This document shows, in pieces, positions 42,015-54,122 of a stretch of DNA of 64,000 nt; the first letter of the stretch is position 1; the number at the start of each line of letters is the position of its first letter. The notes under the pieces are model-generated. The model made no database searches and had not been told where the DNA came from. It saw only the letters and a program-made list of their open reading frames with translations. Source of the DNA: an uncultured Planctomycetota bacterium (lineage in GTDB: Bacteria; Planctomycetota; Planctomycetia; Planctomycetales; Planctomycetaceae). Both the position numbers and the translations under genes were made by a program. The stretch covers positions 958,036-1,022,035 of the forward strand of contig CAVXHA010000003.1 of assembly GCA_963761455.1 (NCBI GenBank), in the 5' to 3' direction.

Positions 42015-43970
42015 ATGGATTCCGCTGACGCTCCGGCCCCTCGATCAAGCCGGCGCGAACGTTCCGTTCTCACGCCGCAGTCGATTTTTGACGCGGAAAA
42101 GCCGCCATCCCAGCGCGCTTCTTTCGCTGCGGCGCCAAACCTTACGTCCGATGGTGGTGGCTCGCCGGACCGTTTTGCCCGCACGACATTCATAACCAAC
42201 TCGATTGGATCAAGGCGATGGGTTTCGGCGGCGTGGAGCTGGCCTGGCTCTGGCCCACGTGGCTTGGCTCGAAGATTGACCAGAAGTCGATTCCCCGCTG
42301 GCTCAGTCCCGAATGGTCCTCCCTCGTCGCGGAGGCAAAACGGTATGCCGATCAAATCGGCCTCGGCTGCGACTTTACGTTCGGAAGTTGCTGGCCCTTT
42401 GGCGGTTCGTGCGTACCCTCTGAAAACGCATCGCAGACATTTGACGGATCGCCAACACAGCACTTGGACAGGTCGTGGGAAGACCCGCTCGGGCGCCCGC
42501 TCTTCGTGCTGGACCATCTGAACCGGGAGGCATTGGAGGCTTATGCGGCGGCCCTGATGCCGGCGTTTGAGCCGTGCCTGGCGGGACACCGCTCGGGACT
42601 CTTTTGCGACTCCCTGGAGATCGAAACGGACCGCCTTTGGAGCCCAAAACTCTGGGACCAGTTTGCCGAATGCTTCGGTTACCGGCTGGAACTTTATCGC
42701 GACGATCTCGACCGGCATCCGGACGTCCGCTACGACGACCGCAAGTTCATCGCCGCGACCATGGTGCGGGAGTTCTATGCCGCCTTCACGGAAGTCTGCC
42801 ATCGTCACGGCGCGTTCGCGCGCGTGCAATGCCACGGCTCGCCGACCGACCTGCTGAGCTCCTACTCCGCGGTGGACGTTCCGGAGTCCGAAGCGCTGTT
42901 GTTCAATCCTCCGTTTTCGCGAATTGCGGCTTCGGCAGCGGCACTGGCCGATCAACCGGTCGTGAGTGCGGAAACATTCACCTGCATTTACGGCTACACG
43001 AATCCGCACCACGTGGACGCCTATCGGCATTGGAAGCGCGAGCAAGTGGCCGACTTGAAGCTCCTGGCCGACACGACGATCGCCAACGGGATTAACCAGA
43101 TCGTCTGGCATGGCATGCCGTATAATCCACGCGGGGAAAGCCACGAGTTCTACGCATCGGTCCACGTTGGCCCGAATGCGGGTTTTGCGGCCGAGCTTCC
43201 TGGGTTCAATGCCTATTTGGAGACGGTCTGCGGGGTGATGCAGTTGGGCAAGACGAGGTCGGAGCTGGCGGTCTACATCCCCAACGAGGACGCCTGGATG
43301 CTCGATCGTCTTCCGCCCGAGCGTCAAACGCCCGGCGCCGTCTACTGGTGGGAGATGCGTCATGCCGCGCCGCCTGCGGAAACAGAGCCTTTTCACCCGC
43401 TGTGGATCTCGACGAACTTTCTCAAACGATCCTGGTATCACGACGGCCGTTTGCGCGTCGGCCCGCATTCCTTTGCCGCCCTGTTTGTCGACGTCGAATG
43501 GCTCGATTGGGAAGCGCTCATCGAATTCGAGCGATTGGCCGCAGCCGGGCTGCCCGTCATTCTCAAACGACGGCCAAAACAGCCTGGTCATCAACCAAGA
43601 GCCGATTACGAGCAAAAACTCGACGCCTTGATCCGCCTTCCCAACGTCGTGAACCACCTGGCGCAAGCGAACGTCAAGCCGCTTTTGTCCGGAGCAGACA
43701 TTCCGCCGTACTGGGCGCGCAGCACCGGTAGGCACACGTATTTCTTCTTTGCGCACCGAAGGGCGCGAAGTGCGTTATCCGATGCCGTACGGTTTCTCGT
43801 ACTGTGACACGACGGTCGCTCGTTTTGTAACGCTCCAATCCAATTCGGCGTCCGCAGACATCGAGCTCGTCTTCGAGCCCTACCAGTCGCTGCTGCTTCG
43901 CCTGGCCGCAAACGGCGACGTTGACTTCATCGACGCCACTTATCGACCACGAGATCCGGTGAGCGGCTGA
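42015..43970 (+). CDS. Glycosyl hydrolase-like protein (GH106-related pattern). About 2-3 apparent frameshifts. Start uncertain.
   Basis: KPYVRWWWLAGPF..IHNQLDWIKAMGFGGVELAWLWP N-terminal pattern, then a long conserved body in ORF 42218..43807 and a C-terminus in ORF 43749..43970. The family assignment is from memory only. Confidence 0.5.
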
Positions 43971-44343
43971 CGGCCCCTGCGCGACGTCGACAGCGGCTCG
44001 GTCGCCCGCTTCGCCCGCTCGTTCGCAGGCCGGAACCGGTGCCCGGCCTTCATCCGCGGCAAGACACGAGGAAGTAGCCGGTGGCCGAGCCGACGGTACC
44101 GACGGCGAAGAGGGTCGCAGCCGGTGGTGCCGAGCCCACTGCCCGGGCAAACGACCTCGTCCGTCGATACAATCACGATGGCGACAAGTTGATCCAGCGA
44201 ACCTTCAATGCGTGCGGTTCGAATGACTTAAAGAAGGCCCATGCGTCTCGCAGACGGAAGGCCGCGGGCCCAAAGGGACACGAGCGGAGAATGTGAGACT
44301 GATCTGACTGCCCAAGCGATTTCAGAGACAGAAAGGAGTCGAC

Positions 44344-44592
44344 ATGTTCAAAAAGACAACGACTACGGCGAAGGAAAAGTTGAGCACCGACGCACCACCA
44401 TCCAATCAAACCACATCCGACCGTAGCACCTCGGCCGCATCCAATGCCGAAGTCACGCGCGATGCAATCGCGCAGTTGGCATTCCAAAAATGGCAGAAAC
44501 GCGGGTGCCGTCTGGGGGAGGATCAACGAGACTGGTTCGACGCCGAGCGCGAGTTGAAATCGCTGCAGTCCAGCAGCACTCGGCGCGGATGA
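44344..44592 (+). CDS. DUF2934-like small protein
   Basis: RBS gaaaggag before the ATG. C-terminal IAQLAFQKWQKRGCRLGEDQRDWFDAEREL matches the DUF2934 pattern (A..A...W...G.p.G.d..dW..Ae.el). Confidence 0.7.
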   Translation: MFKKTTTTAKEKLSTDAPPSNQTTSDRSTSAASNAEVTRDAIAQLAFQKWQKRGCRLGEDQRDWFDAERELKSLQSSSTRRG

Positions 44593-44776
44593 CGACGAGT
44601 TTTGGTGATGGCTTCGCTTGACGCGACGGCGCGTCGACGTGCTCCGCCGAGTACGACGAGACAATTGATCGATGGCTCTTTCCTTCCTTTGTGGACGTGG
44701 TAAGCTCCTACTGACGTCGGCTGCCTGAGCAGCTCGATTCACTCAGAAACCGAAAGCACAACCAGGATACTTCGCG

Positions 44777-45061
44777 ATGGTCACCGTCGGCATGAACTAC
44801 CACGTCATCGAGGGTAAGCAGCAGGATTTTGAAGAGAAGTTCAGCGCTGTCATCAATGCGCTGGGAGCCGCAGACGGGCACACCCGTTCGACGCTTTGGA
44901 AAAACGTCAGCGACAGTGCCTCCTACCTGATCATCAGTGAATGGTCCGACGAGCAGGCGTTTCAAGATTTCATCCGCAGCGATGCCTTCCGTGCCGTCAC
45001 GAACTGGGGCAAAGAGCAAATCCTCTCCGGCCGTCCGGAGCACAAGATTTACAAGCACTAG
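44777..45061 (+). CDS. Antibiotic-biosynthesis-monooxygenase (ABM/Dabb-fold) domain protein
   Basis: 94 aa intact ORF: ..LWKNVSDSASYLIISEWSDEQAFQDFIRSDAFR.. Confidence 0.75.
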   Translation: MVTVGMNYHVIEGKQQDFEEKFSAVINALGAADGHTRSTLWKNVSDSASYLIISEWSDEQAFQDFIRSDAFRAVTNWGKEQILSGRPEHKIYKH

Positions 45062-45096
45062 CCTGCCGGTGTCGAACCGCCGGGTGCCGCCGCTTA

Positions 45097-46721
<1,625 letters not shown>

Positions 46722-46782
46722 GGAGGCGTCTCGCGGAAATGTCTCTTGGCTAGCCCCTGGTCCCTGACTTCTGGTCCCTCTT

Positions 46783-47572
46783 TCAGATCGTCATGCTCGA
46801 GAATCCGCCGTCGACGACGATGTTGGCCCCCGTCAGGAAGCTTCCGGCGTTTGGGGAGGCCAACAGGAGCAGGGCGCCGGCCAGTTCTTTGGGCAGGCCG
46901 AACCGTTTGAGAGGCGTGTGGCGCATGATATTCTCGATCCGCTCTTCGGTCAGGATGGATTTATTTTGTTCGGCAGGGAAAAACCCGGGCGACAGTGCGT
47001 TCACGCGGATGCCTAAAGGCGCCCATTCGCGGGCCAGGTTCTGCGTCAGATTGATGACGGCCGCCTTGGTTGCGGCGTACGTGAAGACGCGCGATAAGGG
47101 AGTGATCGCCGAAAGCGACGCGATATTGATAATCGAGCCGCGCGTTCCCCGCTGAATCATGTATTTGCCGAAGACCTGGCAGGCGAGCCGGACGGCGCGG
47201 CAGGTTCACGTTGATAATTCGGTCCCACTCGTCGTCGGTGATTTCGAGGAACGGCGTGGCCGCGTTGACTCCGGCGCCGTTGACGACAACGTCGGCGGCG
47301 CGGTTGGCTCGCGTCAAATGAGCGGCCACCGCCTCGAGATCCTTGCGGCTGGTGCAGTCGGCAGCCAAAAACTCGGCGCTGCCGCCGCAATCCGCGAGAC
47401 GCCCGACACAATCGCTTCCCCGATTGCGATCGCGACCAACCACGATCGCGTGCGCCCCCGCTCCCGCCAGCGCCTCGCAAAACGCGCCCCCCAGCACGCC
47501 CGTTCCGCCAATCACGACCGCCGTCCGTCCCTGCAGGCCGTAAAGCCCCTTGAGATAGGATTCAGGCGTCAT
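46783..47572 (-). CDS. Short-chain dehydrogenase/reductase (SDR). One apparent frameshift near 47185.
   Basis: [15 protein letters not shown] (TGxxxGxG), NGAG, catalytic [17 protein letters not shown]. ORFs 46961..47620 and 46783..47160. Confidence 0.85.
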
Positions 47573-47787
47573 GGAGTCTCCGGCCCGAAGAAAGGAAGAC
47601 GATGGAATTGCGTTGCGCACCGACCATCTTAATCAAAACCGGCCGGCCGGTGAAATCGAGCGTGGCTCGGGTGCAAACTATGGACGGGACTGCGAGCGGC
47701 CCCTTGTGTCATTCAATCCCGTTCCGCCAAGTGCGGGCGTCCCTACGCAGCGCTCCCTCCGGGAACGCCTGACCATCGCCATCATCA

Positions 47788-48599
47788 CTACTCGGGGACT
47801 TCATCGGTCCGGACGTTGAAGGTTTCCAGTTGATTCGAGCCAAAGGTCGTTGTGAGCGCGGCGTCGGCGGCATCGCGGCCGTGCGCCATGAGAATGCGGC
47901 CGATCCGCGGAATGTTGTTGCGCGGGTCAAATGACCACCAACGTCCGTCCAGAAAGGCTTCGAACCAGCGCTGAAATCCATTGGATTGGACGACGGCGGT
48001 ACGCCGATGTCGCCGAGATAGCCGGTGCAATAACGGGCCGGAATGTTCATGCACCGGCAGAGCGTGATGGCCAGATGGGTAAAGTCGCGGCAGACGCCCA
48101 CGCGTTCACGATATGTCTCCAACGCGGTCCGGTTGGCCCGCGCCTGCTGGTAGTCAAAGCGGATGTGCTGATAGACGAAATTACAGATCGATTGCACTCG
48201 CGGCCAGCCCGGCCGCGTCGAATTGAAGAGAGAGCCGGCGATGTCTTTCAGTTCGCTGTCCACCTCGCAATAGCGGCTGCCGAGGAGGAACAGCAGAACA
48301 TCGTCCGGCAAATCTTCCACGTTGTGCTGTTGGGCATTCCAGGCCTGTGGATCAGGCTGTCCGCTATCTTCGACGGTTGCATCGTTGCGAAGCACGACTC
48401 GGCCACCGGGGGCGAACAGACGCCCGCACCGGTTTCCGAAGGAGTCGAAGAATTCGGAAATGGGTACGCGAGGCTCCACCTCTAAGCATTCGGGTTTTCG
48501 GAGTGTCGACGCACGCGACGGATGCACATAGAGCATCAGCAGCACCGCCGTCGGCTGTGAGAAACGAAACGCAATTTCGTAGCCGACACGGATCAGCAT
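47788..48599 (-). CDS. Transglutaminase-like cysteine protease family protein. One apparent frameshift near 47980.
   Basis: Bact_transglu_N-like N-terminus (MLIRVGYEIAFRF..), core GVCRDFTHLAITLCRCMNIPARYCTGYL, then WFEAFLDGRWWSFDPRNN in a second frame. Confidence 0.8.
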
Positions 48600-48824
48600 A
48601 ATCCCTCAGCGGGTTGTGGCTGGCCATCGGGGTGCATGAAGTTGCATGAATCATCCACTATCCGCCGTCGGCTGTCGATGCTGCCATCCGACAGCATCCC
48701 CGCTCTGGCTTTCGCGGATCCGTCTGCTAGGATGCAGCCAGGGTCTTCCGCTCGGTTCCTGCCGCGGAGGGCGATCGGAGACGCTCAGCGGATGATGGGG
48801 GGGAAGCGAACGAGGAGTGCAATC

Positions 48825-49460
48825 ATGCCCGTGCGATCCGCCCTCTTCGCGGCCGTTGCAAGTCTGTTCCTCGTCGGGTGCGGCTGGGGCGATCTCTTTC
48901 AATCCAGTTCGGGCAGCGAGCCCGAATTCCGCTTCAACGACGAGACCGTCGCGAACGCGTCGCCCGGCGACGCGATCTTGAATCTCGAATTCATCGACCA
49001 GGCGGGCAAAACGATCCGACCGCGCGATTTCGTTGCGAAGCATAACCTCGTCATCGTCTTCGTGAAGGGCTACAACGGCTCGATTTGCCCGTTTTGCTCG
49101 GCCTACACCTCGGGGCTGATCTCGAATTTCAAGGCAATCGCCGAGCGCGACGCCGACGTTCTCCTGGTGTATCCGATTGCCAAGCCCGACCAGTCGCAGC
49201 GTCTGGACGAATTCCTGCGGGCGACGTATCAGCGATCGTCGCCGGCCGTGAGCCAGACGCCGTTTCCCGTTGTGCTCGACGTCGGGTTGAAAGCCGTCGA
49301 TGCCCTGGGAATCCGACGGGACCTCGCTAAGCCGGCCACGTATATTCTCGACAAAAAGGGGCAGGTGCGGTTTGCCTATGTCGGCAATTCCCTGTCCGAC
49401 CGCCCGTCGATCAAGGCGATCCTCAAGCAGTTGGACGCCATCAAGCAGGAACCGAGCTGA
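48825..49460 (+). CDS. Redoxin/AhpC-TSA-family thiol peroxidase-like lipoprotein
   Basis: RBS gaggag. Lipobox LFLVGC. Thioredoxin-fold block LVIVFVKGYNGSICPFCSAY. Confidence 0.75.
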   Translation: MPVRSALFAAVASLFLVGCGWGDLFQSSSGSEPEFRFNDETVANASPGDAILNLEFIDQAGKTIRPRDFVAKHNLVIVFVKGYNGSICPFCSAYTSGLISNFKAIAERDADVLLVYPIAKPDQSQRLDEFLRATYQRSSPAVSQTPFPVVLDVGLKAVDALGIRRDLAKPATYILDKKGQVRFAYVGNSLSDRPSIKAILKQLDAIKQEPS

Positions 49461-49489
49461 CAACCGCAGCTGACACGCCCCCGTCGCCC

Positions 49490-51363
49490 ATGAACCAGAC
49501 TTCGTCGACAGCCCCGGACGCTTTTCTTGCGATGGCCCACCGTTTGTCGCTCCTGGATGAAGAGGCCGCCCGCAAGCTCGATGCCGAACGCGGCACGGCC
49601 GGCGTGTCGACGGCGCAGCTCGCCTTGAGGCACGGATTGCTCGATCCCGTTCAGATCGACATCGTCGAAACGCTTCTCGCGCCGACGAGGTCGTCCCCGG
49701 CTTTCAAATTCTCGACTTGATCGCCCAGGGGGGGATGGGAGTCGTCTTTCGCGCGCGGCAGAAAAGCCTCGACCGCATCGTGGCCGTCAAGACGATTCTT
49801 GTGAGCCAGATGCACGACCAGACGTCGCTGGCGCGGTTCGAACAGGAGGCCCTGACCGTCGCGCGGCTCCGACATCCGAACATCGTGGCCGCACACGATC
49901 TGGGGCGGCACCAGGGTCGGCTTTTTTTTGTAATGGAGCTAATCGAGGGCGAGGACGTCGAGCAGACGATCGAAAAGGAGGGACCGCTGGAGGAAGGGGT
50001 CGTCTGGAAGCTGCTGCGGCAGGCGGCCGTCGGCCTCTCGCACGCCGCCTCGGCGGGGATCATCCATCGCGACATCAAGCCGGCCAATCTCCTGCTCGTC
50101 GACCCGCCGGCCGGGTTCGAGCTGCCGGGTGGACTGAAGATGGTGAAAATCACTGACTTCGGCCTCGCCTTTCTGACGCGGGACGTCGACGTCAAGACGC
50201 GTTTGACCCAGGCCAACACGGCCATCGGCAGCCCGCATTACCTCGCTCCGGAACAACTCGAAGGCAATTCATTCGACCATCGGGTCGACATCTATTCTTT
50301 GGGAGCGACTGCCTACCACATGCTGGCAGGCGTCGCCCCCTTCCACGCGAAGACGCTGCCGCAGATTATCGCCCGGAAGCTGGCGGCCGAGTCGCTCGAT
50401 CTGCGAGCAGAGTTCTCCCACGTCTCTGCCGCGTCGGCCGAGCTTGTCCGCCGCATGACGGACCGCGATCCGGCCCGCCGCATCGCCGATTATTCCCAAC
50501 TCATTTCGCAGATCGACTCGCTGAGCCTGGCCGACTCACCGCGGGCGCCGCCGCCGCGCCCGTCATCCGCACTGGCGGCGACTCAGCTCTTCCGCACCGA
50601 TCCGACGCCCGGACAGACGGCGATCGGCACAGTCGACTTGCGACCGCCCCGCCCGCGATTGGCCGGGCGTCGGAAGTTTTTGATGGCTTTGGGAGGCGGA
50701 ACGATCGCCGCCTCGGCACTGGCTGCGGGCGCCTGGTCGCTCTGGTCGTCACGAAGTCACAAGTTGTCGCCGACACTCGTCCCCACGGGCCTCGGGCTGA
50801 GTCTGTTTGACGGCCTCAGCCTGTCCGGGTGGCGGACGCAGTCCGGCGGCTGGACCGTGCGAAGGAATTCCGAGGGAGGGCGCGTCCTTTCCGGAACGAG
50901 CGGCCGGACAAGCCACGTGCTGCTGAAACAGGTCGGCAACAAGAAAACCGCGCTGAGGCAGTTCAGCCTGTCGGTCGTCGTTCAGCTTCACGGCGCGACG
51001 GCGGCCGAGATCGAATTCGGTGCCAGCGAAGTGGACCAAGACGGCGAGCGGCTGGTCGCGCGACTCGAAAAGTTGAGCGGCAGCGTGGGACGGCGGGCAA
51101 CCGATTCGGGCACGTTCGTTCGCCTGTCGGATCTCGAAAGCCCTCTCGATCGCGCCGCGAGCGACCCTCACACGTTGACGGTCCAGCGGCAGCCCGGCTT
51201 TTGGTGGGTCTTACTCGACGAAAGCCCGATCGGCTCGGTGCCCATCCAGGCCGGGCAGCGCAGGCCGCCCTCGTTCGCTCTTGTGGCCGAGGAAGGCGAA
51301 GTCTGGTTCTCCGACATCACGCTCCAAGAACTCGCCCTGCCGCAACCGCACAGCGATTCGTAG
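49490..51363 (+). CDS. Ser/Thr kinase with one TM helix and an extracytoplasmic DUF1080/LamG-like domain. One apparent frameshift near 49690.
   Basis: GGMGVVFRA, VAVKTI, HRDIKPANLLL, DFGLA, GSPHYLAPE. TM LMALGGGTIAASALAAGAWSLW. C-terminal LFDGLSLSGWRTQSGGWTV..GEVWFSDITLQEL. Confidence 0.85.
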
Positions 51364-51427
51364 CCGGTCAGGAACGGACTCCGCGCATCTGCAGAAACGT
51401 AGTGGTCCGTCTACTCAAATTCGGTGG

Positions 51428-51661
51428 GTGCCACGCAACGGCGTGAAGGATTTTCTTCGGTGGCCGCCGAGGCGGCCGTAGGGTGGGACAAGGCCGGCTC
51501 GGCGGCCGCCGGCCCACCTTTTGAAGGTTGCCAAGCGCGGGCCGTGGTGGGCCGTCGCTCGCTCCGCGAGCTTGTCCCACCCTACGTTTCGAAAAGCACG
51601 TGTTTTCCCGAGCGAAAATCCTTCACGGCGTTGGGTGCCACGCCCACGGCTTTGCGTGGGC
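51428..51661. repeat. Nested composite palindrome (about 230 bp) plus an adjacent small hairpin
   Basis: Outer arms are 51428-51455 gtgccacgcaacggcgtgaaggattttc and 51614-51641 gaaaatccttcacggcgttgggtgccac (25 of 28 positions complementary). Inner arms are 51478-51492 gtagggtgggacaag and 51571-51585 cttgtcccaccctac (perfect). A hairpin gcccacg-gctttg-cgtgggc sits at 51642-51661. Confidence 0.8.
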
Positions 51662-51826
51662 ATCGCACCCGAAAACCAGGATGTGACGGACGATTCGGTC
51701 CTCGCAGACTGCTCATGGCAATCGGACACATTCACAGGTATTATCGCGGAGAACGGCGACGTTCAAGCCGCGATCAATCGAGTCCCGGAAGGCGTTTTCA
51801 TCGCGAATTCACAACAGGAGTGTTCG

Positions 51827-52513
51827 ATGCCACAAAAAACGACGTGGATGATCTGCGCGGCGTTGACGGTCGCCTTGGCGACGCCGGCCCTTGCGGCCGA
51901 CAATCAGCTCACTCCCGAAGAACGAGCGGCCGGCTGGCAGCTACTGTTCAACGGCAAGGACTACAGCGGCTGGCGGTGCAATAACGGCCGACCGATCGCC
52001 TCAAAAATCGAGAACGCGTCGCTCGTGCCGTACAAATCGGGCGGTTACCTCATCATCTACGAAAAAGAGTTCGGCGATTTCGTCCTGACGTGCGACGTGA
52101 AGATGGACACCGAATGCAATTCGGGTGTTTTCGTTCGCGTGGGGAATCCGAAAGACCCGGTGCAGACGGGGTTCGAGGTGCAGGTGGCGTCCGAAATCGG
52201 AACGGGCAAGCACGACTTCGGCGCACTGTACGATCTCGTCGGTCCGAAAAAAGTGCCGCGTCTTTCCGCGGATTGGAACACGATCACGGTCACCTGTCAG
52301 GGGCCGCACATCAGCGCCGCGGTCAACGGTGAAACCGTTGCGCGGCTGAACTGCGACGAATGGACCGAGCCGCATCGCTGCCCCGATGGGAGCAGGAACA
52401 AGTTTTCCCGCGCGATCAAGGACTTTCCGCGAAGAGGCTACATCGGCCTGCAGGACCACGGGCACAAGGTGTGGTTCAAGAACGTGAAGATTCGAGAATT
52501 GGCAGCGAAGTGA
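51827..52513 (+). CDS. Secreted DUF1080 (3-keto-disaccharide hydrolase-like) domain protein
   Basis: RBS caggag. Signal MPQKTTWMICAALTVALATPALA. LLFNGKDYSGWR.., NSGVFVR, FEVQV, GLQDHGHKVWFKNVKIREL. Confidence 0.85.
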   Translation: MPQKTTWMICAALTVALATPALAADNQLTPEERAAGWQLLFNGKDYSGWRCNNGRPIASKIENASLVPYKSGGYLIIYEKEFGDFVLTCDVKMDTECNSGVFVRVGNPKDPVQTGFEVQVASEIGTGKHDFGALYDLVGPKKVPRLSADWNTITVTCQGPHISAAVNGETVARLNCDEWTEPHRCPDGSRNKFSRAIKDFPRRGYIGLQDHGHKVWFKNVKIRELAAK

Positions 52514-52579
52514 TTTGCGCGACGAGCCGAGGTGACCCAACGGTTCGTACAGTCGCTTCGCCCGTCTTGAATCGGCCGC

Positions 52580-54040
52580 TTATTTCGCGGCCCCTGCCGG
52601 ACGCGCTCCTGTGTTTGTGGTCTCGACCGGGACGACCTTCTCGCCCGGGAAGAGGTCGGCCGTTGGGTGCCGCACGACGAGGTCATGCGGCTGGAGACCC
52701 GAAAGGATCTCGGCCTGGACGCCGCTGTCACGGCCGACTTTGACCGGAATAAGCTGCGCAAGCCCGTTTCGCACGACATAAACCGATGTCGTTGTTCCAT
52801 CGGCGCTGCTCACCAGGCAGGTCGACGGAACGCTCAGCTCCTTGGTGGAGCGGGTCAATTGAATCGTCACGCGGCCGAACATGCCGTCGCGCAGCTCGTT
52901 GGACGTGTTTTCCAAGTCGACCTCGACCCGCATGGTCCGGTCGGTGGGGTCCAGCGAATTGCCAATCCGCGCAACCTTGGCGTGGAATTCCTTGCCGGCC
53001 AAGGCATCCAGCTCGACCACGGCGGGATCGCCGGGATCGGTGTACGGCACATAGGTCTCGGGCATCTTCAAGATCACTCGCATCTTGTCGGTGCGGGCGA
53101 CGACCAACAGCGGCGTTCCACCCCCCTGGTCGGCGGCCCGGATGAAATCTCCCACATGGAAACTGCGCTTCGTGATGACGCCGGTGTAATCTTTGGGTGC
53201 GCGGATTTCGAGGTAATCGACAAACACCTTGGCCTTCGCCAGGACGGCGTTGGCCACCTGAACTTTGGCCTTGGCATTGGCGAGGTCGGCCTGCGCTTCC
53301 ACAATCTTGGCCGTTTTTGCCGCGACTTCCGCGATGGCCGTCTGGATCGCCGCCTTCGCCGCGTTTTCGGCCGCCTGCGCGGCGTCGCGCTCCTTGAGGT
53401 TCTGGTCCACGAGTTTCTCTTCGATCGCCCTCAGGTCGTAGAGATGCCGGATGCGGTCGTACTCGATCTGACGGAACGCCAAGTAAGCCGTCTCGCGTTT
53501 CAAATCGGCCCGTTTCTCGCCGACGTTCGCCTCGGCCGCCTCCAGGTCGGCCTTTGCCCTGTCGATCCCCGCCTCCGTCAGTTTCACTTGCGATTTGGCC
53601 TGGTCGAGTTGGGCTCTGGCTTGATCGACCGCCTGCACCAGCTCCGGCGCGGAAATCTTCGCCAGCAATTGGCCGGGCTTAACGCTGTCGCCGATGTCCA
53701 CGTTCTGTTCCTGGAGGTAGCCGGAAACCTTCGCGTAGAGGTCCGCGTAATCAAACGCTTTGACCGTGCCTGGCTCCGGAACGGATCGAGCCATGTTCCC
53801 GACACCAGGGCGGATGACGTCGACCCGCATGGATGTCGTGGGGGAAGATGCGTCGGCGGTCTTCGGCGCTGCCGTCGCCGCGGCGGCCGCTGATTCCGGT
53901 CCCGGGTCACCCGCACCGTTCGTTTTCGACCAATGGAACGCGAAAATCACCAGCAGGGCAACGACGACCGCGATTCCGAGTATCCATCTTCTTCGGACGA
54001 TCTGCTGCCCGACGGACTCGATCCGAGCTTGTACGTTCAT
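52580..54040 (-). CDS. HlyD-family periplasmic adaptor (MFP) with N-terminal TM anchor and a long coiled coil
   Basis: Inner start MNVQARIE at 54040. TM WILGIAVVVALLVIFAF. Lipoyl-like VSGYLQEQNVDIGDSVKPGQLLAKISAPEL, a long Ala/Glu/Lys coiled coil, IRAPKDYTGVITKR, beta-barrel and C-terminal domain. Intact. Confidence 0.85.
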   Translation of the reverse strand: MNVQARIESVGQQIVRRRWILGIAVVVALLVIFAFHWSKTNGAGDPGPESAAAAATAAPKTADASSPTTSMRVDVIRPGVGNMARSVPEPGTVKAFDYADLYAKVSGYLQEQNVDIGDSVKPGQLLAKISAPELVQAVDQARAQLDQAKSQVKLTEAGIDRAKADLEAAEANVGEKRADLKRETAYLAFRQIEYDRIRHLYDLRAIEEKLVDQNLKERDAAQAAENAAKAAIQTAIAEVAAKTAKIVEAQADLANAKAKVQVANAVLAKAKVFVDYLEIRAPKDYTGVITKRSFHVGDFIRAADQGGGTPLLVVARTDKMRVILKMPETYVPYTDPGDPAVVELDALAGKEFHAKVARIGNSLDPTDRTMRVEVDLENTSNELRDGMFGRVTIQLTRSTKELSVPSTCLVSSADGTTTSVYVVRNGLAQLIPVKVGRDSGVQAEILSGLQPHDLVVRHPTADLFPGEKVVPVETTNTGARPAGAAK

Positions 54041-54122
54041 GGCCAATGCAATGCCTTTGTGGCGGACGGGCGGGTTCGAGCGCTTCCTATTAGATTGTAG
54101 AGGCCGGTTCAAGCCTTTGAAA

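Noticed and set aside
41957-43756. 599 aa minus-strand ORF
   Set aside because: It is antisense to the GH106-like gene, whose plus-strand reading carries the conserved blocks. The minus reading is Arg/Gly/Pro-rich with no motifs.
51521-51826. Upstream extension of the DUF1080 ORF (starting at 51521)
   Set aside because: It translates through the nested palindrome. The Met at 51827 has a GGAG-type RBS and is followed by a clean signal peptide.
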